Shown here piece by piece: positions 15,431 to 24,683 of a stretch of DNA of 64,000 bases. A program made the position numbers and the translations under genes. Numbering within the stretch: the stretch's first letter is position 1; every line of letters starts with the position of its first letter. The stretch is from the NCBI GenBank assembly GCA_958477305.1, contig CAUEFI010000004.1, forward strand, positions 114,770 to 178,769. Reading direction: 5' to 3'. The stretch comes from an uncultured Oscillospiraceae bacterium. GTDB taxonomy: Bacteria; Bacillota; Clostridia; Oscillospirales; Oscillospiraceae. The notes under the pieces are model-generated. The model saw nothing but the letters and a program-made list of their open reading frames with translations, did no database searches and was not told the DNA's origin.

Positions 15431-15577
15431 TCACATACTGGCAGGCATGGCCCGCATGACTGTTTTTCTGCTGTATTCATCGGTGAGGATCAACACCATA
15501 CCGCGCCGCCCATCGGCCAGCGGGACCGTGACCACCTCCAGCGTAACAGCCGGGGCCGCTTTTTCCATTTTCCCCAT
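15431..15577 (-). CDS. small ORF (48 aa) of unknown function, second gene of a two-ORF minus-strand unit
   Basis: GGGAGGAAATGAGA precedes an ATG encoding MGKMEKAAPAVTLEVVTVPLADGRRGMVLILTDEYSRKTVMRAMPASM. It is too short for the ORF track. Confidence 0.25.
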   Translation of the reverse strand: MGKMEKAAPAVTLEVVTVPLADGRRGMVLILTDEYSRKTVMRAMPASM

Positions 15578-15579
15578 TC

Positions 15580-15678
15580 TCATTTCCTCCCATTGAAAAG
15601 TTTACGAAGCAGCCGGATCCCGTAGCGAACCGGAATATAAACCGCCACGAATATGGCCACAAAAAGCAGGTATTTCAT
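15580..15678 (-). CDS. short hydrophobic peptide (32 aa, single TM)
   Basis: An AGGAGGG RBS lies 6 nt before an ATG encoding MKYLLFVAIFVAVYIPVRYGIRLLRKLFNGRK. Its stop sits two nt before the next start. Confidence 0.25.
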   Translation of the reverse strand: MKYLLFVAIFVAVYIPVRYGIRLLRKLFNGRK

Positions 15679-15681
15679 GCG

Positions 15682-15716
15682 CTGCCCTCCTATTGACATT
15701 TTAGTGGGTTTCGTTT
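15682..15716 (+). promoter_or_regulatory. near-consensus sigma-A-type promoter (TTGACA-N17-TATATT), followed by a 12-bp GC hairpin (15721-15752)
   Basis: ttgaca ttttagtgggtttcgtt tatatt reads as a promoter. It points toward the 3' end of the convergent small ORF at 15756-15891, with no plus-strand protein gene for ~330 nt. Confidence 0.35.
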
Positions 15717-15755
15717 ATATTGAGGGTGCGGGGGTTACCCCCCGCCCCTCTGTCT

Positions 15756-15891
15756 GTTACCAGTTCAGCAATTTGAGGATTGCCGCTGTAATCAGACCGG
15801 AGATTGTGCCCGCCAGGATTGTGTCCGCCAAGACCTGCAACCTGTTGGGCTGCGCCGTCGGCTTATGCCGTCGGCGTTTTTTCTTGCTCAT
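15756..15891 (-). CDS. tail-anchored small membrane peptide (44 aa; basic N-terminus, C-terminal TM)
   Basis: An AGGAAAGGGG RBS precedes an ATG encoding MSKKKRRRHKPTAQPNRLQVLADTILAGTISGLITAAILKLLNW. Confidence 0.3.
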
Positions 15892-15936
15892 TTTAACCAC
15901 CCCTTTCCTCTTGAACTGTCTATATTATAGTCTTTT

Positions 15937-16023
15937 TAGGGTGCATAATCAAGTGGCGATATGCACGAAAAAAGGTGCTGTAATTTGTCTAAAATATGCA
16001 CTTTACAGGGTGCATATAAAATG
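15937..16023 (+). promoter_or_regulatory. promoter of the XRE gene (-35 TTTACA, extended -10 TGaTACAAT) overlapping two operator-like palindromes GTGCATA...TATGCAC
   Basis: The palindromes are gggtGCATAatcaagtggcgaTATGCac and aTATGCActttacagggtGCATAt. Confidence 0.4.
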
Positions 16024-16054
16024 ATACAATGAAGCACAGAAAGGGGTGGATATT

Positions 16055-16255
16055 ATGGCAATCAGCTACCAGGGGGCATTTGACAAAATGCAGGAAAAGG
16101 GCGTCACGACATACCGGATCCGAAAGGAAAATATACTGTCACAAAGTACCCTGCAAAAAATGAGGGACGGGAAATATGTAACGACGGAAACAATAGAACG
16201 GCTTTGCCTGCTGCTGGATTGCACCCCAAACGATTTAATGAAAATCACGAAGTAA
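16055..16255 (+). CDS. XRE-family (Cro/CI-type) HTH transcriptional regulator
   Basis: A 66-aa HTH protein (...TYRIRKENILSQSTLQKMRDGKYVTTETIERLCLLLDCTPNDLM). ATG 16055 follows a GGGGTGG RBS. Confidence 0.75.
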   Translation: MAISYQGAFDKMQEKGVTTYRIRKENILSQSTLQKMRDGKYVTTETIERLCLLLDCTPNDLMKITK

Positions 16256-16413
16256 AGACACCCCCGACGCACACAGCGCCGGGGGCGTTTCGGCGTTTGC
16301 CCTCCAGAGTGTTCAATATTTTTCGGTGCTGATTATTAACACGGGTTCGTGGAAACCTATGTGTTAATATCAAGAAAACTGCTGAACATTACCACGCGCC
16401 TGGAGGGCTGCCC

Positions 16414-16656
16414 ATGAAAGCGTATGATTTCCACGGGAAAAGAAATATATGCGGTGACCGGATCCGGGAGGCCCGCCTGCGGGCGCGGCTGTCACAGTCT
16501 GATCTCTGCCGGCGTCTGCAACTGGCTGGTGTCATTGTGGAGCGGGACGTGATAAGCAGGATCGAAAACGGCGGCAGGTTTGTGGCTGACTTTGAGGTGG
16601 TGGTGATCGCGGACGTTCTGGAGGTTTCCGTGGACTGGCTGCTGGGCAAAGAATAG
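16414..16656 (+). CDS. XRE-family HTH transcriptional regulator
   Basis: An 80-aa HTH protein (RIREARLRARLSQSDLCRRLQLAGVIVERDVISRIENG). Inverted repeats ATTATTAACAC/GTGTTAATAT lie upstream. Confidence 0.75.
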   Translation: MKAYDFHGKRNICGDRIREARLRARLSQSDLCRRLQLAGVIVERDVISRIENGGRFVADFEVVVIADVLEVSVDWLLGKE

Positions 16657-16689
16657 GACGGCGTGGAGTGCTGTATGCACCGCGCCGTC

Positions 16690-17800
16690 CATATTTTTTT
16701 GAAAGTGAGGGCACGGGCATGAAAGGATATAAGCACCTGACGGAGTTTGACCGGAACAAGATCGCCAGAATGAGAAAAGAGGGCGCCACCATGCGCGAGA
16801 TCGGCGCGGCCCTGCACGTCAGCGCCGCCACCGTCTGCCGCGAGATCAAACGCGGGACATACACCTACATGAACGCGGATTATATCGAAGTGACCGAGTA
16901 CATACCGGAGCGGTCACAAGCCCGCTACCGGGCCAACATGGCGGCCAAGGGCGGCCCCCTGAAAATTGGAAGTGATCGCCGGTACGCCGAAACCCTGGAG
17001 GCGCTGATTGCTGACGACAATTACAGCCCGGAGGCAGCCCTGCATGAGATTGAGAACCACCCGGAAAAGTACGGCAGCTTTGAAACGCGGATCTGCCGCC
17101 AAACCCTTTATGCCTATATTGACAAGGGAGTTTTTCTCCGCCTGACCAATAAGGCGCTGCCGTTCAAGGGTTCCCGGCGGAAGAAGAAAACCAAGCACGT
17201 CCAGCGGGCGAAACAGCAGCCCAAGGGTGAGAGCATAGAAAAGCGCCCGCCGGAGATCGACGGGCGCCAGGAGTTCGGCCACTGGGAAATGGATCTGGTG
17301 GTTTCCTGCAGGGGCGGGCATAAGTGCCTCCTGGTGCTGACCGAGCGCGTCACCCGCATGGAGGTGATCCGCCTGATCCGCGATAAATCCGCGGCCAGCG
17401 TCGTCCGTGCGCTGGACACCATGGAACGGAAATGGGGCACCCGCTTCCCGCAGGTATTCCAATCTATTACCATGGACAACGGAAGCGAGTTTGCGGACTA
17501 TATCGGGATCGAACGGTCCGTATATAAACGCTGCGAGAGCAAGCGCACCCGGACATATTACTGTCACCCATACTGCAGTAGTGAGCGAGGAAGCAACGAA
17601 AAACAAAACCAGATGATCCGGCGGAAGTTCCCCAAGGGGACAAACTTTGATAAGGTTACCCAAAAAGACGTGGAGGCGGTGGAAAGCTGGCTGAACAGAT
17701 ACCCCCGCCAACTGCTGGGCTGGGCCTCTGCCGGGCAGCTGTTTGAGGGCTATTTGCAGACCGTCTAAAAATATTTTTTCGTTTTGTTACACTTTCCTAT
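16690..17800 (+). mobile_element. IS30-family insertion sequence (ends approximate; inverted repeats not resolved)
   Basis: A single transposase ORF. Only short A/T-rich near-palindromes (ATATTTTT) were found at both flanks. Confidence 0.35.
16718..17768 (+). CDS. IS30-family transposase
   Basis: An N-terminal HTH (TEFDRNKIARMRKEGATMREIGAALHVSAATVCREIKRG) and a DDE region (GHWEMDLVVS ... ITMDNGSEF). Start ATG 16718 follows GTGAGGG. Confidence 0.85.
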
Positions 17801-17930
17801 TGACATTTGCGCTGTAAAGGCGGGCCCCTAGAGTTTGGGCTTTAGGCGGCGGCATGAGACATACAATTAAGTGCACAAATACTTGAGACTATTCAGATCA
17901 GGAGTATGAGACGCATTTTCTGCTCCTGTG

Positions 17931-18716
17931 CTATGGCGCTACCGTGAGTCTGGCAGCCAGACAGGCGTTGGCGATCAGGGAATTGAACTGTATCCGGGAG
18001 GACAAGCCGTTTGTGAGCCTGTCAAAGGCTGCATTTGCTGCGGGGTGGTACTCCAGTCCTGCCTCCTCGGCCTGCTTTCCCGCAGCGATTCCTTGAATGA
18101 GGAGGGAACGGTTTGGGATCCGCAGCTTCTCCGGAATGGGCTGCAGCAGAAGTCGGCGGCTTGGATCCGCCGGAAGCCGTTTTCCGTCCCATATACCGGA
18201 GAGGGGGACGTCTGCGCTCTCGAAGATATAGCCGGTACACCGGGATGTACCGACCCCCAGCACCTGCACGCCCGCGTCCATCAGCCAACAGATGGTGGCC
18301 GGTATATCCAGCATATCCTTGGGGGAGGTGGAGAGCAGGGCCACAGGGATATCGCGGAGGGCGGGGAGATCCGGACAGAGGGCCTCGCTGCGGATGTCCC
18401 CGATGCCGCCCATACCGCAGGTCACTGCCAGGGACAGTCCCATCCTCTGACAGACGGCCATGGTGCCTGAGGCCGTCAGGGCCCCAGAGATGCCGCTGGC
18501 CAGAGACAGCTCCAGCGTGTCGCAGCTTATGCGGCACAGCTGGGCCGCCCGGTCCCGGAAGGAAAGGTAGTCCTCCATGGAACCTACGATGACTTTCCCG
18601 GCGTCCACCCAGACGATATTGTCCAGCTCCTCTGGCCAGCTGTCCAACAGAGTCTTGTTGCTCAGTGAGACCAAGCCGTGGGTAAACAGAGCCGACTCCA
18701 CCAGAAAGCCAGCCAT
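17931..18716 (-). CDS. psuG: pseudouridine-5'-phosphate glycosidase
   Basis: The sequence is collinear with YeiN/PsuG (IndA family). Its start overlaps the upstream stop (TAATG). Confidence 0.75.
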   Translation of the reverse strand: MAGFLVESALFTHGLVSLSNKTLLDSWPEELDNIVWVDAGKVIVGSMEDYLSFRDRAAQLCRISCDTLELSLASGISGALTASGTMAVCQRMGLSLAVTCGMGGIGDIRSEALCPDLPALRDIPVALLSTSPKDMLDIPATICWLMDAGVQVLGVGTSRCTGYIFESADVPLSGIWDGKRLPADPSRRLLLQPIPEKLRIPNRSLLIQGIAAGKQAEEAGLEYHPAANAAFDRLTNGLSSRIQFNSLIANACLAARLTVAP

Positions 18717-18718
18717 TA

Positions 18719-19843
18719 CTTCCAGCCTTCCAGATCGTTCACGTTATCCACAGTGACCAGGGTCAAAGGCAGATAGACGTTGCCGTCAAAGGTCTCCCCC
18801 TCATTGAGCATAACCGCCATCTGGAGGGCGGCCTTGGTGTAGCGCTCACTGGAGTAAGACATAGAGCCAGTCATAGTGCCGGCGGCAATGGCGGCCCTGG
18901 CGTCGTCAGTGAAGTCAACGCCGTATACCAGCACGCCCTCCTTGCCCTCGGCCGCCAGGGCCTCCACTACTGCCAGCGCCATAATGTCGTTGCAGCAGAA
19001 GATGCCCTTCAGGTCGGGGTATTCAGTGAGGAGAGCCTTAGCCGCGTCATAGGCTAGGGTGGCGTCCCAGTCGCAGTTCTGTACGGCCACCAGCTCGATG
19101 CCCTCGGCGGCTTCCAGCACAGCTTTGGCACCGGCGGTGCGGCCTTCGCTCTGACCGGCACCGGCCAAGCCGGCGATGATGGCTACCTGACCGCCGTCGG
19201 GCAGGCGGGAAATCATGTCGTTTGCCACCGTCTCGCCCTGCTCTTCAAATTTGACGGTGATAGTGGCATCCAGATGTCCGCCGGCCTCCTCCAGGGCGGC
19301 TACATCTACGCCGGGGCCCAGGTTAATGACTTTTACACCGTTTTCATTACATTTGACGATACCGGGAATCAGATTGGTACCGTCGATGGGCGAGACGATG
19401 ATGACATCGTAGTCCATATCGGCCATGGTCATGAGCACGTCCAGTTGGGAGGCGGTGTCCCCCTCGGTGGTACCAGTCTGGACATCCAGGTCGATGCCAT
19501 ACTCGGCGGCTGCGGCCTCATAGTAGTCCTTCATATTGGCCCAGAAGGGATTGGTGAGGGAGATGATCACCGCGCCTACTTTAATCGCGCCAAAGTCCTC
19601 GGGCATGCCGCCGATCTGCTCGGCCATAGCCGCATCGAACGCGGTATAGAGCTGTTGGACGATAGGCGACAGGTCGGAGGTCTCACCACCCTCGGGAGCG
19701 GGGGATTCGCTGGGCAGGACTTCGGTCTGCTGAGCAGGAGCAGTGCTTTCCGGAGCATCGTTGTTTCCGGTCGTTTCAGAGCCGCAGGCGGCCAGGCTGA
19801 GCACTATGATTACCGCGAGCAATAGGGAACACAATTTTTTCAT
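18719..19843 (-). CDS. ABC transporter substrate-binding lipoprotein (periplasmic-binding-protein type 1, sugar/nucleoside-like)
   Basis: A signal peptide with lipobox LSLAAC, and a ribose-binding-like PBP fold. Confidence 0.7.
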
Positions 19844-19911
19844 TTCATTTCATCCTTTTAAAAAAATTATATAAAGGAAAAAGATCCTCTATATCACATC
19901 AAAACATTGGC

Positions 19912-20868
19912 TCAACCGATGCGGCGACTGCGTTCACGCAGCTCCGCTATGACTACTGCACACAGCAGCATAGCTCCGGTAATGAACTGCTGATAGTAAG
20001 ACGAGACGCTCATGATGGTCAGCCCGTTGCGGATCAGCCCCATCAGGAATACAGCGATCACCGTCCCCAGGAGATTACCGCTGCCGCCATGAAGAGTGGT
20101 ACCTCCCATAATGACAGCGCAGATGGCATCCATCTCCATGTTCAGTCCCGCATTGGCCTCAGCGGAATTGAGTCGGGCAGTGACGACGATACCTGCCAGA
20201 GCGGAGAGCACTCCCATCAGAATAAAGACGGACACCCGGTAGCGCCCAGTGGGTACACCGCTGCGTTTGAGGGCCTCTGGGTTGCCTCCCAGCGCAGTGA
20301 GATAGGTTCCCCAGCGCATCCAGTAGAAGATGGGAATAAGCAGAAGAACCACTACAAAAGACATGGTTACCCCGGATTCCATGCCCAAGATATCGCCATA
20401 GCCGAAGGACCGAAAGCTCTGTGGCAGCTTGGTGATGGGAATGCCCTGGGTGACAATGAGGGACATACCACGGTAGAGAAAGGAGGTGGCCAGCGTGATA
20501 ATCAGGGCGTTGATGCGGGTGGCGTGGATTAAAAGGCCGTTTGCCGCGCCCATGGCTCCCCCCAGCCCGAGGGCTAGGAGAATACTTATCCAGACAGGGG
20601 CGCCAGCTTTCATTGCCGCAGCGGCACAGACAGCACTGAAGGAGAGAATGGAGCCCACGGAGAGGTCAATGGCACCGGCGGAGATAATGCACATCATTCC
20701 GCAGGCCAGAATCAGCCGGTAGGAGTTGGCCTCCAGAATATTGACCACGTTTTTCAGGGAAAAAAAGGACTGGGTTTGGATGGATAAAAACACCATTACA
20801 CCCAGACATACACCGATAAGCAGCAGAGGAGCGGACTGCCGAGCACACCATTTTTTCAGAGAGCTCAT
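19912..20868 (-). CDS. ABC transporter permease (RbsC/AraH-like)
   Basis: 318 aa and polytopic, resembling BPD_transp_2. Confidence 0.8.
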   Translation of the reverse strand: MSSLKKWCARQSAPLLLIGVCLGVMVFLSIQTQSFFSLKNVVNILEANSYRLILACGMMCIISAGAIDLSVGSILSFSAVCAAAAMKAGAPVWISILLALGLGGAMGAANGLLIHATRINALIITLATSFLYRGMSLIVTQGIPITKLPQSFRSFGYGDILGMESGVTMSFVVVLLLIPIFYWMRWGTYLTALGGNPEALKRSGVPTGRYRVSVFILMGVLSALAGIVVTARLNSAEANAGLNMEMDAICAVIMGGTTLHGGSGNLLGTVIAVFLMGLIRNGLTIMSVSSYYQQFITGAMLLCAVVIAELRERSRRIG

Positions 20869-21623
20869 GGTTCATCTCCCCCGCTTTCCCGGCGCAGGAT
20901 CAGGTCCTGGAGCGCGTCAATGGTGGTGTCCCGGGTAGCCGCTCCCGCGATGACACGACCGGAGCGCAGCACATAGATGTAATCGGCCAAGGCAAACACT
21001 TGGTGGAGATTGTGGCTGATGATCAGCTGAGTCATCCCCCGTTCTCGCAGCCTGGAAAGCATCTGCATGGTGCTGTGGCTTTCCTGGATGCCCATGGCAG
21101 CGGTAGGCTCGTCCAGCAGCAGCAGAGTCCCGGGGCGCCGGAGCGCCCGGGCAATAGCGATACCCTGACGCTGTCCGCCGGAGAGATTGCGCACAGGCTC
21201 CTCCAGATCGGGGATCTCCACATGGATGTCAGCCAGAAGTGACCGAGCCTCCTCCATCATGGCCCGTCGGGCGAGAAAAGGACCGTGCATCCGCTCGCTG
21301 CCGAGGAAAATGTTTTCTACACTGTTCTTAAAATTGTCCAGCGCAAGATCCTGGTAAACGGTGCGGATACCCAGCTCCATGGCCCGGGGAATAGTAAGGC
21401 TGCGGTAGTTATCCCCCCCAATGTTGATTTGGCCCCGATCGGGCTTAATGTTCCCGGATAAGATCTTGATGAGGGTGGATTTTCCGGATCCGTTATCTCC
21501 CACAATGGCGGTGATATCTCCCTGTATAACCTCCAGAGAGATATCCTGAAGCGCCAGTATATGGCCAAACCCTTTGGTAATTCCTGTTGTAGAAAGGATG
21601 CGCTCTCTCATGTCCTCACTCAA
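20865..21623 (-). CDS. ABC transporter ATP-binding protein
   Basis: Walker A GDNGSGKST, signature LSGGQRQ and Walker B LLLDEP. Confidence 0.85.
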   Translation of the reverse strand: MSEDMRERILSTTGITKGFGHILALQDISLEVIQGDITAIVGDNGSGKSTLIKILSGNIKPDRGQINIGGDNYRSLTIPRAMELGIRTVYQDLALDNFKNSVENIFLGSERMHGPFLARRAMMEEARSLLADIHVEIPDLEEPVRNLSGGQRQGIAIARALRRPGTLLLLDEPTAAMGIQESHSTMQMLSRLRERGMTQLIISHNLHQVFALADYIYVLRSGRVIAGAATRDTTIDALQDLILRRESGGDEP

Positions 21624-21852
21624 TCTGCATACTGCTTGAATGATATATTATAAAATCCATTATAGCAGTGGCTCTATAATAGGCCAAATTGTTTATCATA
21701 ATAATACGAGCTGCTGTATAAGAAAAACCTATAGGCTGATATGACACACGCGGCATCGGAAAGAGTAAAGCTCCGGAATTTTCTGCCATAAAAAAGTATA
21801 AGCGGTTTCACACATAAGATGACCCGCTATTTTAAATTAATTAGAAACAAAA

Positions 21853-21895
21853 GTATGAGGACCTACCCTTATGGGCAGGTCCTCATACGTATTTA
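21853..21895. terminator. long hairpin terminator after the PucR-type regulator gene
   Basis: gtatgaggacct...aggtcctcatac forms a 12-bp stem. T-rich sequence follows on the minus strand. Confidence 0.6.
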
Positions 21896-23170
21896 TTTCA
21901 AAAGTTCGCGGATTTGCAGCAGGGTACAGTGGAGATGAAGGCGGGAGGTGATCCCGCCGTCGTTGAAATCGGTGTCAAGGATCTGTTTCAGCTTCTCCAC
22001 CCGGTAGCGAATGGTGTTTTTGTGGGTGGCCAGACGCTCTGCCGTGTAGAGATAACTCTTTTGGCATTCGATAAAGACCAACAGAGTTTGGAGCAGATTG
22101 GCCCCGGTTTCACGGTCGTAGTCATAGAGTTTTCGGATGCCGCTGCCCACGAAATCCAGCAGGTCCAATCCGCACCGGAGAGAGATCTGGCTGATGAGGT
22201 CGACGGATTTCAGACGGTCGTACCGGTAAACCCGCGCCTCAAAAGATCGCATGGGATGGAAGAGCCGGGCCTCCGACGTGGCCTGCCGGTAGCGGCGGGC
22301 CAGCTCCAGAATGCGCCGGTTCTTCTCATAGTGCACGCCAAGTTCAGAGATGGAGGCAAACTCGTCGCTGATACACACCCACGCCTCCAAATCTCCGGCC
22401 AACCTGTCCAGTTCTCCCCACTCCCAGGCACTGATATGGTCCGCCCGGGCGGGACAGGGCAGCAGAGCGACCATCTGCTGCTGGTAGTAAAAGATCCGGC
22501 TGTAGGGGAAGATCTGCGTCAGCCGTTCTCTCAGTTCTCCATAATGGTGCTCTAAGCATAGATTGAGCACCAGAAAGCTGGAATAACTGCTCAGTCCGGT
22601 GGCCAGCGCCCGGTTTTCCAGCACAAGGGTGTCGTGTACATCGGTCTCGATCAGCTCGATGAGAATGCTCTCAAAGGGCTTTTCGCCCAGTTCCCGGCCG
22701 CGGGCGCCGAAGGAGAGATGTTTGGCGGCAAGATCGCTGAGCAGATCCATCAGATAGTAGTCCAGCTCAGTGGGCTGACCGTGGATACACAGGGCGCTGA
22801 GATGGCCCAGCAGCACTCCGTTGTGATAGAGATAATAGACCAGCATGGGGTAGGTGGACTGCTTGCTGGACCAGACAAAGCGGATGCGCTCGCCTGGGCG
22901 GACCGGCTTGTTGTTCCTGTGGTTGCGAACCACATTGGCAATGATGCCGCTGGAGAGGTAGCCCAGCTCGGCGGTGTCCCGCCAGACCATGTCCTCCTCC
23001 ACTGCAAAATCCAGATTGGCCTGGGTGAGAAGCTTGTAGCTGTGGTCGGTAATATGAAGCGGCATTCCGATGATCTCCGACGCGTGCTCGGTCAGCTGAG
23101 GCAGGGTTTCCGTGGTGCAGTAGGCATGAAACAGGGCTTCGGCCTTTTCCATACGGCTGTCCATATACAA
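21893..23170 (-). CDS. PucR/CdaR-family transcriptional regulator
   Basis: It carries the PucR C-terminal HTH (...KNTIRYRVEKLKQILDTDFND...). Confidence 0.7.
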   Translation of the reverse strand: MYMDSRMEKAEALFHAYCTTETLPQLTEHASEIIGMPLHITDHSYKLLTQANLDFAVEEDMVWRDTAELGYLSSGIIANVVRNHRNNKPVRPGERIRFVWSSKQSTYPMLVYYLYHNGVLLGHLSALCIHGQPTELDYYLMDLLSDLAAKHLSFGARGRELGEKPFESILIELIETDVHDTLVLENRALATGLSSYSSFLVLNLCLEHHYGELRERLTQIFPYSRIFYYQQQMVALLPCPARADHISAWEWGELDRLAGDLEAWVCISDEFASISELGVHYEKNRRILELARRYRQATSEARLFHPMRSFEARVYRYDRLKSVDLISQISLRCGLDLLDFVGSGIRKLYDYDRETGANLLQTLLVFIECQKSYLYTAERLATHKNTIRYRVEKLKQILDTDFNDGGITSRLHLHCTLLQIRELLK

Positions 23171-23229
23171 CCCCCTCCTTATTTAAAACAGCAGTATTGT
23201 ACGCTTTTTCTATCTGGAGATCAATGCCG

Positions 23230-23269
23230 GTTTGGCGCCATATCCGCGGACATGGCGCCAAACCGGCAG
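23230..23269. promoter_or_regulatory. perfect 15-bp inverted repeat CCGGTTTGGCGCCAT/ATGGCGCCAAACCGG with a palindromic loop (terminator or operator)
   Basis: The repeat lies between the transporter gene end and the regulator start. Confidence 0.4.
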
Positions 23270-23314
23270 GGTAAAATAGGGAGCTTGCCATACTAAAATG
23301 TGGGTGCCGGCGGC

Positions 23315-24622
23315 TCAGGCCGGAATAATGCCGTAAAATCCCACGAAGGCCAGCAGCATAGAGATTCCCAGGCCTACCAGGGCGACTAGGAGCTGCCCGC
23401 GGAACAGGAGGACCTGTTCCTCTTCGGGGGCGACGGACAGGATAGTGGCTCCCCCAGTGGAGAAGGGGGAAATTGTAGTCAGATTACCACCGATAGCGGT
23501 ACAGCAGAACAGTGTCGAGTCTGACAGGCCGGCCCCGGCCGCGATGGCGGGGACGATAGGCGCAATCATGGGGAAGACGGCTGTAATCCCGCCGGCAAAG
23601 AAGGACAGCACGCCGGTGATCAGGGCCAGGAAGGGCGGGATGAGGACTGGGCTTACGGAGTCGGACACCAAGCCGCCCAGCCAATCGGTTACACCGGCGG
23701 CTTGGGCAACCCCCAGCAGCACGGTGATACCGGTGATCATAATAATGGTATTCCATGGCACGCCCTTGGTGATGGCAGTGCGCTCGTCCCCCAGCTTCAG
23801 CAGGATGCAGGCCAGCGAACCCAACAGGCAGAGCATCTGGATGTCGCAATAGCCCTTGAAGGCGGTAACGGCAGAGGTTTTTACGAAGGAGCCGAGAATG
23901 TTGGATACGATAACCAACAGCACGATGACGAAGATGATGATCATACTCTTGACCTGGACAGGCGTAAGGGGCTCGGGTTTTTGCATGTTTTCAGGGGCTT
24001 TTGCCCGGTAACCCCTGAGAGCGAAGTAGAAGACCAGTGCGATGATAATAAAGGTAATGGCGCTGAGGGCAAAGTACTTCCAAGCGATGGCGTCGGCTGC
24101 GCTCTGCTCGTAGCCCAGTTCGGCGATGGTGTTGGAGATAATAGTACCGGACTGAGTCCACAGGACATTGGAGCCAAAGCCGTTCAGGGCGGCGGCGATG
24201 CAGATCAGCAGGGGGTGAATGTGGCACTTCTTATAGAGCTGGAAGCCCAGAACGCCGATGACGATACTGATCATAGGGTTGGGGGCGCCCATAATGCCCA
24301 GCACCGCGCCGATGAGGAGCAGGGCCAGAGGCAAGCTCCAGGCCGCCTTGCGGCAGCGGTAGAGAATGTGGTTGGCCAGCGCCTCCAGCGTCCCGTTTTG
24401 GTGTGGGAAGGAGAAGAACATGGTGATGGCTGCCAGCTGAAATACAATTTTGACGGGGGTCATGGCCACCACGGCGGAGGCCTTCATATTCATGATAATA
24501 CAGCCGATGATGTACGCGAAGACCACGCAGACGAGTCCCAAGTTGATTTTAAGACGCCAGTTCATCAGAATTGCGATGATGACAGCGGCAACGACAAGGC
24601 CGTAAATGACGGTGTTTTCCAA
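23315..24622 (-). CDS. polytopic membrane transporter (ion-transporter-superfamily-like)
   Basis: 435 aa with ~12 predicted TM helices; the exact family was not recognised. Confidence 0.45.
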   Translation of the reverse strand: MENTVIYGLVVAAVIIAILMNWRLKINLGLVCVVFAYIIGCIIMNMKASAVVAMTPVKIVFQLAAITMFFSFPHQNGTLEALANHILYRCRKAAWSLPLALLLIGAVLGIMGAPNPMISIVIGVLGFQLYKKCHIHPLLICIAAALNGFGSNVLWTQSGTIISNTIAELGYEQSAADAIAWKYFALSAITFIIIALVFYFALRGYRAKAPENMQKPEPLTPVQVKSMIIIFVIVLLVIVSNILGSFVKTSAVTAFKGYCDIQMLCLLGSLACILLKLGDERTAITKGVPWNTIIMITGITVLLGVAQAAGVTDWLGGLVSDSVSPVLIPPFLALITGVLSFFAGGITAVFPMIAPIVPAIAAGAGLSDSTLFCCTAIGGNLTTISPFSTGGATILSVAPEEEQVLLFRGQLLVALVGLGISMLLAFVGFYGIIPA

Positions 24623-24683
24623 TGGATACCCTCCTCAACGCACAGCCCTCTAAAACAGGGCCTTTATAAAACCGCCGAATTTT

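Noticed and set aside
15653-16024. 123-aa plus-strand ORF in the prophage regulatory region
   Set aside because: - It is Cys/Arg-rich, has no RBS, and spans promoter and operator elements and the convergent small ORFs.
16690-17800. Terminal inverted repeats of the IS30 element
   Set aside because: - Only short AT-rich near-palindromic matches (ATATTTTT) were found at both flanks, which is not enough to call IRs or a target-site duplication.
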